The position numbers and the translations under genes are program-made. A DNA stretch of 64,000 nt from Andalucia godoyi And28. Its lineage: Eukaryota; Protista; Jakobida. The notes beneath the pieces were generated by a model. That model was not told the DNA's origin. It saw only the letters and a list, made by a program, of their open reading frames with translations, and searched no databases. Shown one piece after another: positions 22,101-31,916 of this stretch. Location: positions 190,612 through 254,611 of the forward strand of contig VRVR01000030.1 in the NCBI GenBank assembly GCA_009859145.1, written 5' to 3'. How positions within the stretch are numbered: the stretch's first letter is position 1; each line of letters starts with the position of its first letter.

Positions 22101-22554
22101 CTTGGCGCTTGAGGGAACCATATCGACCTTGAAATCCGCATTGGAAAAGATCGAGAGGGACTACCAGGAACTGACCGAGTCCCATAAGAGACGCATAGAG
22201 GAGGATGGAATGCTGCTTCGAGCGTTGCGAAAGCGGCTGGACGAAAAGGAGCAGGCTCTTGCAAATGAAGAACAGTCTAAGGAAGAGCTCTTGAATCGGG
22301 CATCAGTTACTCAACAGGAGAATGCACAGCTGAAAGGCCAACTCGATATGCACTTGTCGACTTCAGAACCGCCGTCGACTGCCACAACGCCAAATAGCAA
22401 ATCTTTGGATGATATCGCTGTGAAGTTATCATCGAAGCTTCGCAGGCTTTCTTCAGGCCCCCAGCTTTCTTCGTCGACCAAAGACTTCCTGCGGAAGTCA
22501 GGAAGTTCTCCAACAGGAAGCTCCTCGGATTTCCGTTCAAGTTCCCACCTGTGA
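19183..22554 (+). CDS. Large coiled-coil protein of unknown family
   Basis: 1123-aa uninterrupted ORF, E/K/Q/L heptad-rich throughout. Confidence 0.85.
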   Translation: MNTDARHFYEDRLQTVVLNLTNVFEALQKDPVIDAMQKDSASAVHISDRCAEVLKEFLHSEEESLIQQLQMQLHHRDSELDKLHADVSKSQSIIESLEQQLSACGELARERSGILQKESRLAEEVAALSHENELLRDELEKAIDGLQGSSVISTSLKELRSSLKVERKKRGKLEGSVEELKSEKREMKNKLKEMHISGKRLEERHSRAQELLVQLCESAELTIENRRLTVDDKFSQFLAEIFSSDGFVLRSMVTLDPDIPRSDAMRFQQRISDISNSWQSMWNGVCKSLSLEVSRDATSKSDLEKIRFLEDEVSRLEILVSKLHSKVAKYKQKSISAGAPSFAANSSLDIVDSVLSAIDRKRSSEVDAEREYLHSVVQTVDSMRHEIQRLTNAHSMESKQKDEELSKCNEQCKTLAETLEMSQQRASQFEKDLQNMSSSKELIRKELENVVSKSEELSDKYLTVARRFDDSQTRCKVLEQKCKSLESQLSESSTRLSSSEEEVLRVQKASRDAERTVSQLERQIEMMKTVSQENMKRSEKEKDRVEEELRNIQSDLSERLRKSQQSKEDTQRSWEEDANSWRRAMAETAERHQSETNSLQERYLSEIQKLRSTYDAQILKWRQQAEAAQDENFTLQQELTLVRRPSNTGKRPSLRKENVALVRRQLNAFRDELLSIRREMVSFVNRSQKYAQDILTSILKRFENEITSEKVNIQSDLRVQRMKLEDEFMVSQRESERIFSEKVSRLEIKLKKEYEDMARIVQDDVHIRETQFEKELANQKALAKRLENDVKNVSDQLQKSEQRNASLESDRSEIEEKHATERIRLESRNRILQDNYNNVLFALEEMADLAGGVQNDDTWKQFVASLRMEGKIEKQTQYRGLPSSVQSKFRQSRESAAELEELRKRVPEQESIISQLEHQISAKSLELSVQKSDYNLLETEVEGSKKAGKILKDTEGILRQQLEMEQSDSKRKILALEGTISTLKSALEKIERDYQELTESHKRRIEEDGMLLRALRKRLDEKEQALANEEQSKEELLNRASVTQQENAQLKGQLDMHLSTSEPPSTATTPNSKSLDDIAVKLSSKLRRLSSGPQLSSSTKDFLRKSGSSPTGSSSDFRSSSHL

Positions 22555-22598
22555 TACTCGACGCAGTAGCGTTGGCATGCATCGTGACCCCAGATAAA

Positions 22599-23810
22599 TT
22601 ATGATACAAAAAATGACGAATTGAATGATTGCAAGGACAGAACGGCAACCTGCGTAATTTCCGGGAAGCTTCGCAAAACCTCTGCGATATCAAAACCTTG
22701 CCATGGCGCTACTACTATCGAAGCAGATTGTGCATCGTTTTGGACGCAGGAAGCAGGAAATGCACTGGAAACCGTACCAGTTTGCGCGATGGCGAAGTCT
22801 ATTTCGTTGTCAAATGCTGAAATACTGTCCGACGTTCCTGAAAATTCCTGGCATGACAGGTTGGTTAGCGACATTCTGGACTCAATGGAGAACCCCTGAG
22901 TAACAAATGGATGCCTGCTCAATTCAATAGAGGTTGATCGCTCATCTGGGTCTTTTTGCAGACAGCAAGAAAGGAATGAAAGGAACGCAGACGAGAACAA
23001 GCCAGGATTGCGCAAAAAGGGAGGAGCTTCATTTGCAATCATGAAAACGACTCTCATCGGATGAATGTCAGAGCGCGGTGGAGCCCCTTCTGCAAGTTCG
23101 ATCAGTGAAACACCAAGGCTCCAAATATCAGCTTTGAAAGCATAGTCGCTACGAGTCACAACTTCCGGTGCCATCCAGTATGGCGAACCCTGGATGGAAT
23201 TCCGTTTCGCCATTGTTCCTGGCATTAAAGCCGTAATGCCGAAGTCGCACAGCTTGCAAACAGCGGATCCATCGGGATTGCGAGACATGAGAAAATTTGC
23301 AGCTTTAAGATCTCGATGCACCAGCTTCTTCTGGTGGTGAAGATAAACCAGGCCAGAAACAATGTCCGCGCAGACGGCCGATATTTCCAATTCAGCAAGT
23401 GGTCTCACGGTTCTTTTCATTAAATCCGACACCGAACCACATTCAGACAGTTCCATGACCATCCAAATGCGGGATTCAAAGCAGAAACACTGGAAATATG
23501 ACACGATATTGATGTGGTCCGATCCTCTCAAACTCTCCAATTCCGACCGTATTTCTGTCAGCTGCAAATCAGTCTCATCCAGCGGTATAATTTTGACTGC
23601 GACTTCCATTGGAAGACGATACCCAAGAAAAGGTCGCTTGGCAATTTTCTCCCATCGATGAGCGTCAATCACTTGGGCTTTGTATACAGCACCAAAACTG
23701 CCATGGCCAATGCAATCCGTTAGCTTCAGAAAGATCTCAGGATCATCAGTCCGAATCCCGAGAACATTGATAATAGCTTGTTGTGTTGAAAACGCCTTTG
23801 TGGCATCCAT
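22599..23810 (-). CDS. STE20-family Ser/Thr protein kinase (GCK/MST-like)
   Basis: GHGSFGAVY, VAVKII, HRDLKAANFL, DFG, KRNSIQGSPYWMAPEV, KADIWSLG. Confidence 0.95.
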   Translation of the reverse strand: MDATKAFSTQQAIINVLGIRTDDPEIFLKLTDCIGHGSFGAVYKAQVIDAHRWEKIAKRPFLGYRLPMEVAVKIIPLDETDLQLTEIRSELESLRGSDHINIVSYFQCFCFESRIWMVMELSECGSVSDLMKRTVRPLAELEISAVCADIVSGLVYLHHQKKLVHRDLKAANFLMSRNPDGSAVCKLCDFGITALMPGTMAKRNSIQGSPYWMAPEVVTRSDYAFKADIWSLGVSLIELAEGAPPRSDIHPMRVVFMIANEAPPFLRNPGLFSSAFLSFLSCCLQKDPDERSTSIELSRHPFVTQGFSIESRMSLTNLSCQEFSGTSDSISAFDNEIDFAIAQTGTVSSAFPASCVQNDAQSASIVVAPWQGFDIAEVLRSFPEITQVAVLSLQSFNSSFFVS

Positions 23811-24099
23811 TCTGCGTCAGGTTCGTCGTGACTCGAGAAGACCGGAGGTCATGATCGTTCAGTTAAAAAAAGACAAAGGGACTCCTTGCGCCGCGGCACC
23901 GGGATTTTGAGATTTTCAGTCTCGGAAGTCGGAAACTCGGAGAGGTCTTGCCAGTTTGCGCCTTGCGGGGCTTTGAGCAGTTTCTTTTTTTTCAGAGTGG
24001 CAGTTTTCCTCCTGCTCACACATTTTCTCCGGACTACAGTAGCTTCCAGTATTGTAGCCCAAAAAAAAAAAGCGGGCGATGCATAGCTTCAATAGGATT

Positions 24100-24850
24100 T
24101 GGCTCTAATATTGCTACAAATTGCAAATGTTGGACAGGAATCGATCCTACGAAAGTCAGCCGTCTAGGGGGCAGGTCCCAACAGAGAGGTGCATGCGCAC
24201 CCTGTTCTTCAATTTCTGAGATCCGCGTACTCCGTCACCTTGTGCAACAGTCTCTGGGCGGAATTGGAAGTGGCTCCACGTCAGCATCCGGCGTGTAGTC
24301 TTGTCTTCAATGCGGCATTTCTTCCCTTCTGCTGGTTCTCTCCGCGCCATCCGAGACGTGCCGAATTTCGGAAGCAGGACGCAGTCATACTGCTCACACA
24401 GCCATTTTGCAAGCTTGCGATGCATGTCCGTTGTCAGGTTGCGGATCTGCTGACGTATTCGCAGTCGTGCGCGACGCATCGTGTACCGCTTGGGGTCCTT
24501 CTTGCATGTATCGATCATCGATTGCAGTCGATCGGACTCCAGACATAAGCTGTGAAAAATCCTTGCGATATCTTTGGACCGCACTTCCAGAATCCGTCTC
24601 CCGTGGGTCGTATCCCCGTCGCGACTGTCCGTACGCCTTTGCCAATAGCGATGGTGCGCGGTGCCGTTGATGATGCGCCTTAGGGATTCGGGGCTTGGAT
24701 TTCGCCCCGCTTCTCAAGTGCCTGCGGATCATGCAAGTAATATTCACCAATACGTGTTCGTTGGATACGCATATCGTAATGGATGTTGTCCACAGTGGGA
24801 ACCGGCTCGGACGTTTTGATGGGTTCCTTCAGTTTCGAACTACCTTGTTA
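24100..24850 (-). mobile_element. Fanzor (eukaryotic TnpB, Fanzor2-like) relic, copy 1: WED to RuvC-I to bridge helix to start of RuvC-II, frameshifted, plus 3' omegaRNA-like tail
   Basis: Minus-strand frames give IHYDMRIQRTRIGEYYLH, RTIAIGKGVRTVATG/YDP, IRNLTTDMHRKLAKWLCEQYDCVLLPKFGTSRM and RRMLTWSHFQFR/QRLLHKVTEY, all typical TnpB/Fanzor motifs. Confidence 0.88.
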
Positions 24851-24909
24851 TCCTTTATAACCCACTCTTTACTCTACTTAGTCCCACTCACCCCAGATAT
24901 TTTCTGACA

Positions 24910-25130
24910 TTGTCATTCCATTCACTGTTTTTCAAGCACACCAGTCCATCGTCATTCCGATGTTCCCCGTCATGTCCGCCTCGTCTGGATCGAGACTGGA
25001 ATAGTGCGCGCAATATCCATTGGAAGAACGCTTCGGCGTGTTGGGACCTATCCCTTTCCCGGCAACGGGATGCAAGATTGAGCATGCATGTCTATTCGTA
25101 GATATGCATATTCAGTGTATAATGTTGGCG
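24910..25130 (+). mobile_element. Fanzor relic, copy 2: Zn-ribbon/RuvC-III tail plus omegaRNA-like region
   Basis: FRCSPSCPPRLDRDWNSARNIHWK (the DRDxNxARNI motif), followed by about 100 bp closely matching the reverse complement of 39730-39830. Confidence 0.85.
25038..25130 (+). ncRNA. Candidate Fanzor omegaRNA scaffold (copy 2)
   Basis: UCCCG-GCAA-CGGGA hairpin at 25057-25070 and a long UUCG hairpin at 25078-25115, directly 3' of the RuvC-III motif. Confidence 0.6.
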
Positions 25131-25152
25131 TCAGACCTGTTTTGTTGAGTCG

Positions 25153-25951
25153 ATGGAAGAAACCTCCGACAGCTGTGGTGGGTAAGACGGTGATTCGCAT
25201 GCACACCTGCACACTTTTCTGATTGTACTCGGCTCCCAGGTTTCTATCTAACGCAATTTGCTCGTTTTCAGTAGCAAAGACGTTGTTACGGACAATGAAG
25301 CCCACACACTTTCTTGCTATGCGTATTCGAGACTCCGTTATCTTGCAGTCTTTGCGTTCTACTCAGCAGCTTATGATCAGTGGCGTTGAAGCGGATGCGA
25401 CGTCCGCTGTTATCAAGGAGTGCGCATATGACGTGTCGAAAGCACACATCACTCTTTGCGTCTTGCAATTATCTAATGCAGACGAAGTTCGACAAGCGCA
25501 AACAATCCTCTACGACCTTCAGTCTGTGTTTTCGGAACTTCTTGGAGGATGTTCGTTCACAGTGGCCGGCATAGATGCGTTTTGGGGAGAAAGAGTTGTT
25601 TATGCGAAAGTTCAGGTGACGGAATCCTTTATGTCATTCCAAAAACATGTGAAGGATGCCTTTTCAGATCTGTCGTTTCCACGTGCTGTGAGGTCTCCTT
25701 CATCAAGTCTTAGATCTGCAGACTCGCACGATCCCGTACCGTATCAGCCGCATGTCACGCTGTTCAAGACATCCAGTTTGTCGAAAAGGAATCCGTCGGT
25801 CAGGCTGCCCTTTCAACAATGGGTCTTGAATCATTCACATGCAACTTTTGGGTCTGAGCGTATCACCAGTTTGGAGCTGTGTGCAATGAAAAGTCAACCA
25901 GATGGTTACTTTGTTGTCGAATCCTCTGTCTCGATTAGCGATGCCACGTAA
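25153..25951 (+). CDS. AKAP7-like 2H phosphoesterase; predicted exons 25153-25181 and 25240-25951
   Basis: KPTHFLAMRI N-terminal motif and two HxT motifs (AHITL, YQPHVTLFK). A GTAAG...CCCAG intron joins an upstream ATG in frame; an alternative start is the ATG at 25295. Confidence 0.8.
25182..25239 (+). other. 58-bp phase-2 spliceosomal intron
   Basis: GTAAGA donor, CTGAT branch-like motif, CCCAG acceptor; splicing gives GG+G = Gly and restores the frame. Confidence 0.6.
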
Positions 25952-26528
25952 CAGGTATAGTGTATTTTCCTCGTTTTCCATTTTGTATTTGTTTCTTGAG
26001 ACTTGTTTGTCATTGACAGAATTTTTTCCAGTGTAGACACACTATTGGAGCTGGAACCATCATTTGCAGCCGTCGCTACTCACTTCCGTCCCCGACGTTG
26101 CAAACAATACTTGTGTGCAGTGATGGACGAGGGTCTGCCAAAACTCTTCTTCACACCTCGCGAAATAGTTATCGAATGCCCACTCACTTCTAATCGCTTG
26201 TATGTGTGCAAGCCATCACGAGTGTCCGAAGTCAACAGTGCACTGAAGCGGATTCCCCGATTTGGAAGAAGAATGTATCCATGCGCACGCACTTGCTCGG
26301 GGTCTCTTTTTTTTTTTTTTTTGTTGTTGTTGTTGTTGTTGGAATTGGAAAGACAAGCTGTCTCTTTTGCCAAACTTTTCTGCACAAAGTCCATTGGACA
26401 TCATAACCATTGAAGAGAATAGGGCGAGAAAAGCAATAATTTACAAAGGAATTGGAATGGAATATCTTTTGGTGGATCATAGGAAGGAATAGCTTTGAGG
26501 TCGCACAGGTACTCAATGCAATCGAACA

Positions 26529-28220
26529 CTATCGTCTCCTTGCTGACCGAGAGCTGTCGGTTAAGGACCGACGAGAAGCCGGGGACGCTGGCGATGAGCC
26601 TTGGCGGACAACAGGAATGCGAATGGATGGAATTACCAGTTTTTGAGTGGCAGCAGAAGCCGGAGTGGGAGCTTGCGACTCGTCAGCAGAATACGATCCC
26701 TCAGAATCATCGTCGGACTCGGATGTGTCCGAGCCTGAGCGAGCACTGTACAGCACTGTCCTTGCGGATGCAATCTGAATGTCGCCGTTTCCAGAAAGCA
26801 CTCGTTCGGAGTCTTTCTTCTCCAAAAGGGCTGCTTCTCCAACAGTTTTTGTGGGAAGAGACAACTGCAAATCCGATTGTTGAAGCGAAATGTGCTGTCG
26901 GAAAGATGACCCGCTTTGAGGTTGCATTGTTGGGGATTGGGGAACTGGAGTAAACGTGCGAGGATCCTGCTGTTGAAGCGCTGCATCGGACGAATCGTGT
27001 GATGTATCCTCCAACATACTCATGTCATTCATGTTTCCCAAATCGACTCCAGAAATCTCCTTGTACCGTTGTCGCATCTTTTTGTGCTTGTCAACGAGCT
27101 CTTGCTCCTGAATTCGCAACAAGCCAAGTTCTTGTTCCACATCTGTAATATCTCTCTTAATTCTGTCTCCAACCACCACCTCCATTCTTTGTTCACGATC
27201 CTCAGCATCCTCGGTTGCGCCTTCAAAATGCTCTGAGGATCGTGTCTCTGCCCGAACCCCCTTTGGAAGCGCAGTCCGCATCACCGACACAGCAATCTCT
27301 GCTTGGGTCTCCACTTCCGAAATTCTTTGTTGTAATGATTTCTGTTTGATATAAAAGTCTCCCGAAGTTTGGAATCGATCTGACATCAATGCGATTTCTT
27401 TTTCTCTCTGAGACATTCGTTTCTTCAACGTCAAGTTTTCTTCTGCCAAACCGTCAGCCTCGCTTTGTGCTTCCTGAAGCTTTCTGCACATTGTCGCATG
27501 TTCTGCTCGAATCTTGGAATACTCCAGCAAAAGAATTTCATAAGAAGAATCCAATTGATCGGCTGATGGAGAGACCGTAACATTCATGGTTTCGTATGCT
27601 GTTTTAATCCTTCGCAGCAACGATCCGAAAGCTACGTCTCTGCTAATGACCTTGTCAAACATCTCTCGAAACACTTCAACAGTCTGAGCACGTCGACTCC
27701 CATTTTCATCATCAAACTGATTCTCAATGCTTTGCAGTTTTTCAGACAGCTCTACTTCTAAAGTCAGTGCAGCGGACCGGAAGTCTGTTGTTGGTTTCTT
27801 CGGCGACGAATCCACAGTAAAAAATCGGTTCGCCGACAGAGATCCGACTGTTGCAGCTCCGATGCTTCTATGCGTAAGTTCTGAAGTTGACAGCTTCTGG
27901 TTAATAAATGCGTGGTAGGTTGAGGAAGCTGACGTCGGTCGACTGTTTCTGTTCGAACTCTTTGAACGCGCAGATGACGAACCAGTAAAATTCCCAATAG
28001 CAGAGCCTTTTGGAGTAGAAGTGAGGGAAAAAGAAGGTGAGGAGGACATCACGGCAGCCAAAGTCGCTTTCTTGGCTGTCGACGGAGCCGCGGAATGATG
28101 GTCCGAAGCAGCACTTGTTCGATGACGCGCAGCTGACGATGGACGAATCCCAAAAGCCAGTTTATCTGACGAAGAGCGCTGGATGAATGACGAATCCGCA
28201 CGGCCCCGTGCATCCATCAT
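26529..28220 (-). CDS. Coiled-coil protein with a TSNAXIP1 N-terminal-like domain
   Basis: VEVFREMFDKVISRDVAFGSLLRRIKTAYE resembles TSNAXIP1_N and is followed by a coiled coil. Start at the ATG at 28220. Confidence 0.65.
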   Translation of the reverse strand: MMDARGRADSSFIQRSSSDKLAFGIRPSSAARHRTSAASDHHSAAPSTAKKATLAAVMSSSPSFSLTSTPKGSAIGNFTGSSSARSKSSNRNSRPTSASSTYHAFINQKLSTSELTHRSIGAATVGSLSANRFFTVDSSPKKPTTDFRSAALTLEVELSEKLQSIENQFDDENGSRRAQTVEVFREMFDKVISRDVAFGSLLRRIKTAYETMNVTVSPSADQLDSSYEILLLEYSKIRAEHATMCRKLQEAQSEADGLAEENLTLKKRMSQREKEIALMSDRFQTSGDFYIKQKSLQQRISEVETQAEIAVSVMRTALPKGVRAETRSSEHFEGATEDAEDREQRMEVVVGDRIKRDITDVEQELGLLRIQEQELVDKHKKMRQRYKEISGVDLGNMNDMSMLEDTSHDSSDAALQQQDPRTFTPVPQSPTMQPQSGSSFRQHISLQQSDLQLSLPTKTVGEAALLEKKDSERVLSGNGDIQIASARTVLYSARSGSDTSESDDDSEGSYSADESQAPTPASAATQKLVIPSIRIPVVRQGSSPASPASRRSLTDSSRSARRR

Positions 28221-28595
28221 CACAGCTAAACTTTCTGACCTGAAAAACAAATCGGTCTTCTTGAGATCAAACTGTCTCGTTCGCAGAAAACAAAAATCAC
28301 ACTGAGAACACGAGAGAAATAAATAATAAATAAAATAAAAAGAGAAAAAACACAAAACTCCGCAGGACACAGCGGTGATCTGGCAAGCAGTTTGGGAGGA
28401 AACTGTAAAAAAAGCTAGCAGGCGGTCGTAGATAGGCAGTGCAGAAAGATGCCATTTCCTGTGCAATCGATTTCTGTTTCCGTTTCAAAATTTCCTGCAA
28501 TGAGCAGTGGTGGTGCTGAGCGATTTGTGAGCTGTCGTCATCAGGCCTTCTGAACGTTGTCCGAAAACGGCCCTCCGAATAGTGAACTTTTCTCG

Positions 28596-28919
28596 ATGGA
28601 GTTAATTCGAGCTGCTGATGTTGGTGCATACGACGAAGTTGTGCATCTCGTTGAAAGCAGTAATGTCGACATCAACTATCAGAATGAAACTGGAAACTCG
28701 GCGTTGCACATTGCTTCCCAGCGTGGGCATGAAAAAATCGTGTGCTACCTTGTAGAACATGGAGCGGACATTTCGCTGGAAAACAAAGAACAAAAGACTC
28801 CGATGCAGCTTGCTGCTCCTAGATTAAGAGGCGTCATGAAGGCCACCAAGGAGATCCAAGAATTGTACAAGCGTCTCGAGGCATCGTCACAACCAATGGA
28901 TTCTACGGAGTTGGAATGA
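28596..28919 (+). CDS. Small ankyrin-repeat protein
   Basis: NETGNSALHIASQRGHEKIVCYLVEHGAD and NKEQKTPMQLA. Confidence 0.88.
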   Translation: MELIRAADVGAYDEVVHLVESSNVDINYQNETGNSALHIASQRGHEKIVCYLVEHGADISLENKEQKTPMQLAAPRLRGVMKATKEIQELYKRLEASSQPMDSTELE

Positions 28920-29057
28920 AATGATAGTTCAATAAAAAAACATAGCAATTACACTTACCCCATGCAAAAGATTCAAAGATGTAACGTACAAGTTAATGAA
29001 ATTTGATCGAGGTGGGAAATCTTAAAAAAATACAAATGCAGCAACCAACCCCCCCTT

Positions 29058-31006
29058 TCATACTTGTGGTTTGGGGCGGTCCCTGGCTCGCTGAATCAGC
29101 GCCTTTCGTTGCGCGCTGCTCAGTTGGTTCGAGCGAAAATCGTCAACAAGCCTGGAAACGTCAACAGACGAATCCAACTGGAGTTCTGCGTCCAATCCTG
29201 CTGCATTCTTCTCCTTCTCCGCCACAGCAGCCATTCCTTGCGAGTTCCGCGAATGGGAATGCTGCGGTGCATTGTAAGGTGGTGACGCAGCAGAGGCGGC
29301 AGATACAGGTGTGCGGATGGGAAGTACACTGCTCTCGCTGAGATCTGATACTGCCAGTTTCTCTCGGGCTTGCTGAATTTTCAACTGCTGCTGCTCAAGT
29401 CTGACGAGTTCGTCCTGATACCGGGGTTCCGGTACGCACAGACTGCTGATTACCTGCGGCTGAATGAGCATCTTTGTAATCTCAAGCTGCGATCGAAGCA
29501 AGGCGGAAACAGAGTCGATCTCCCGCTTCAAGGAAGAAATCTCTCGTGCAAGATGCTCTTCGTCTGTATCCATTGACTTCATCATCTTCTTGTGTTCGGA
29601 TTCCTCCAAAATACGCTTTGTCCGCTGAACTTCGCGGTTTCTCACCCGACCCAGTTGTTCTTCAACCAAACTTCGAGCATGAGACATTTCAAGCTCCATC
29701 GTCTGAAGCTCCAGCAAAAGTCTCGATTTTTGATAGTCATCTTCGGCAGAATGGTGATTTCGACGGCTTTCATGACCTTCAGCCGATGGCGACCGGCTGG
29801 AGACAACAGGTGGATCAAATCCACGAGGTTGAGATTCAGAAGACTGCTTCGAATTAGCCGTTTTGACAGCCTCTGGACTACCGCGACTGCTCACATTTCT
29901 GATGTGCCCTTCCGACACAGTAGCAAGAACTTGAGAAAAAGAACCTGCTGGCGCTGGTTTCTCCGCTTGCAGCCGATTCGAGGTGACAGCCCGCAAATCG
30001 GCAGCCGCCGACGTTCGCGATTGATCGAGTTCTGTTACTGGCGAGTTAATAGAAGACAATGAAGAGACATTATGCAACGACGAATCCTGCAGGTTTTGGT
30101 TGTCGTCTCTTGAGAAGACCTGAGAGGCTTTTGTCCGAGCAAGCGAAGGAGAAGGAGCAACAGGGGCCGCAAATCTCTCCAACTCGGGCTCGATGTGGGG
30201 TTCCCTTTGCTGTTCCATGCGAATGTTCTTCTCCAACTCTGCGAAGTTGACCTGATTGTGAGCGTGCGTGTGGTCTAGCACAGAAATCGGAGAAGAAAAT
30301 CCTGCTGATCGTTCTGGATCCCACAATTCGTCAAAGTTCGGTGGGAGATTTTGCCTATCCGGTCTGTTTGCAGCAACAGAGGCGACTTCTGGTTTCGTAC
30401 CCAATATTCGATCGATAAATTGCTGAATGCGCAGACCGAAGATCTCGACTTCGTCCGACAAGTCAATGTCACTCTTTGGAATGGTGGTCTTCAAAGACTG
30501 GATCTTTTGCAGAATGAGCTCGTGCTTTCTTATGCTTGCGTGCGACACAACAGCATGAGCAAATGAATCGCGCAACGATGCAAGGCTTTCCACTACTTTT
30601 TTCCGATCCGCATGAGACAGCCATCGGTCTCTAGGTGAAAACGCAGTCTGTTTCAAAGGAGTACCTTGCCCGAGAGGGGATTTAAAGGATTTTGCAGACG
30701 GAGTCGAAGCATTTGCTTTCGCGGGAGTTCCCAGTTTTTGCCTGTTCTGGGACTTTTGTGCAATTCTTTCAGCCTGCAGAATAAAGAGAAAATAAAATGT
30801 AAATAATGAAAAACGCGGTAAGAACAAGAACATAATACAAAGGAAAAATTGTGTGTGTGTGCGTGTGTGTGTGCATATGTGTGTTTTGTGTTGTTTTGAC
30901 ATCATACTCTGCGAACTCTGCATTCTGCAGCAATGTCTCGTTCCAAAGCACTGAGCAGCTCGTATTTTTCATGTATAATTTGCCGAAGGTCCTTCTTTTC
31001 ATCCAT
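29058..31006 (-). CDS. Hypothetical protein with coiled coil; predicted exons 31006-30908 and 30773-29058
   Basis: The long ORF begins after a polypyrimidine tract and CTGCAG. The upstream MDEKKDL...CRVRR ends at a GTATGA donor, giving a phase-0 in-frame join. Confidence 0.75.
30774..30907 (-). other. 134-bp phase-0 spliceosomal intron
   Basis: GTATGA donor, T-rich interior, TTCTGCAG acceptor; the reading frame is preserved. Confidence 0.7.
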
Positions 31007-31029
31007 TCCTGCCGACCTTTTTAGACCCC

Positions 31030-31032
<3 letters not shown>

Positions 31033-31106
<74 letters not shown>
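31033..31106. repeat. (CT)n microsatellite between divergent genes
   Basis: Uninterrupted CT dinucleotide run of about 74 bp. Confidence 0.97.
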
Positions 31107-31108
<2 letters not shown>

Positions 31109-31441
31109 TCCTCTCTGTTGTTGTTCTCCCTGTGGTGTTCTCCCCGTGGTGTTCTGCCGTTGGACAACACCCATATTCGAAACCACGAGGACACTTTTCC
31201 AGATTCCCGGGGACAAAAACGGAGACCGTCTCGCGCAGAATCAATTGAGCGTAGAAAGGTCGTCTGTCTTTTGAATTTCTTTTCTTTCCAAAAGACGTTT
31301 CCTTCAATTTGCGCCAACCTTTAAATTTATTGGTTGTCCGTGTTTTTTCCTCTTTCTTTTTCTTTTTATTGTTGTGTGGGCGGTTGTTTTTCATTCGTCA
31401 CTCGATTCCTTATTATTTTAATTTGTCACTGCCTTGTACTC

Positions 31442-31837
31442 ATGTTCCGTAGATTTGTTCTGTCAGCAGCACCTCGACGCCTCCTTTCGACAGATGCGTC
31501 GAGCATTGGTACAAAGGATCCACTTCCTGTTGGAATGAAGACGGAGCCGCACGCGCTGATTGTTTTGGAGAATCTGTACCGCAAGCTGGTGTCAGATGTT
31601 TCTGCTTTCCCAGAAGCAGCCGTGTATCGCAAGAATGTCGAGGCTGCGTCCAGAGCTGGAATTGAAGCTATCCGCTCTGCGCGGGAACAATCAAAGGGTG
31701 TCGAGGAACAGGCGGTTGCCGCCATCGAGGCAAAGTACAATGTGGCATCCATCGAATTTCTCATTCGATCTGCACGAAAGGAAATTTCTCTTGCCGCTGA
31801 AATGACACAGTGGAAACCATGGAGTACTCAAAACTAG
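31442..31837 (+). CDS. NDUFA5: Complex I accessory subunit NDUFA5 (B13)
   Basis: Presequence-like MFRRFVLSAAPRRLLS, LYRKLV...FPEAAVYRKNVEA, C-terminal EISLAAEMTQWKPW. Confidence 0.85.
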   Translation: MFRRFVLSAAPRRLLSTDASSIGTKDPLPVGMKTEPHALIVLENLYRKLVSDVSAFPEAAVYRKNVEAASRAGIEAIRSAREQSKGVEEQAVAAIEAKYNVASIEFLIRSARKEISLAAEMTQWKPWSTQN

Positions 31838-31916
31838 TGGGCGCGAACGAAAAAACAATAATAAACAAACATGTTCCTTCATATTTTTTTTAATAATTGA
31901 ATTTATGGAATTAACA

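Noticed and set aside
26003-26516. Cluster of 60-136 aa ORFs on both strands
   Set aside because: They are held open partly by poly-T and (TTG)n tracts, and have no recognisable motif or consistent splice model.
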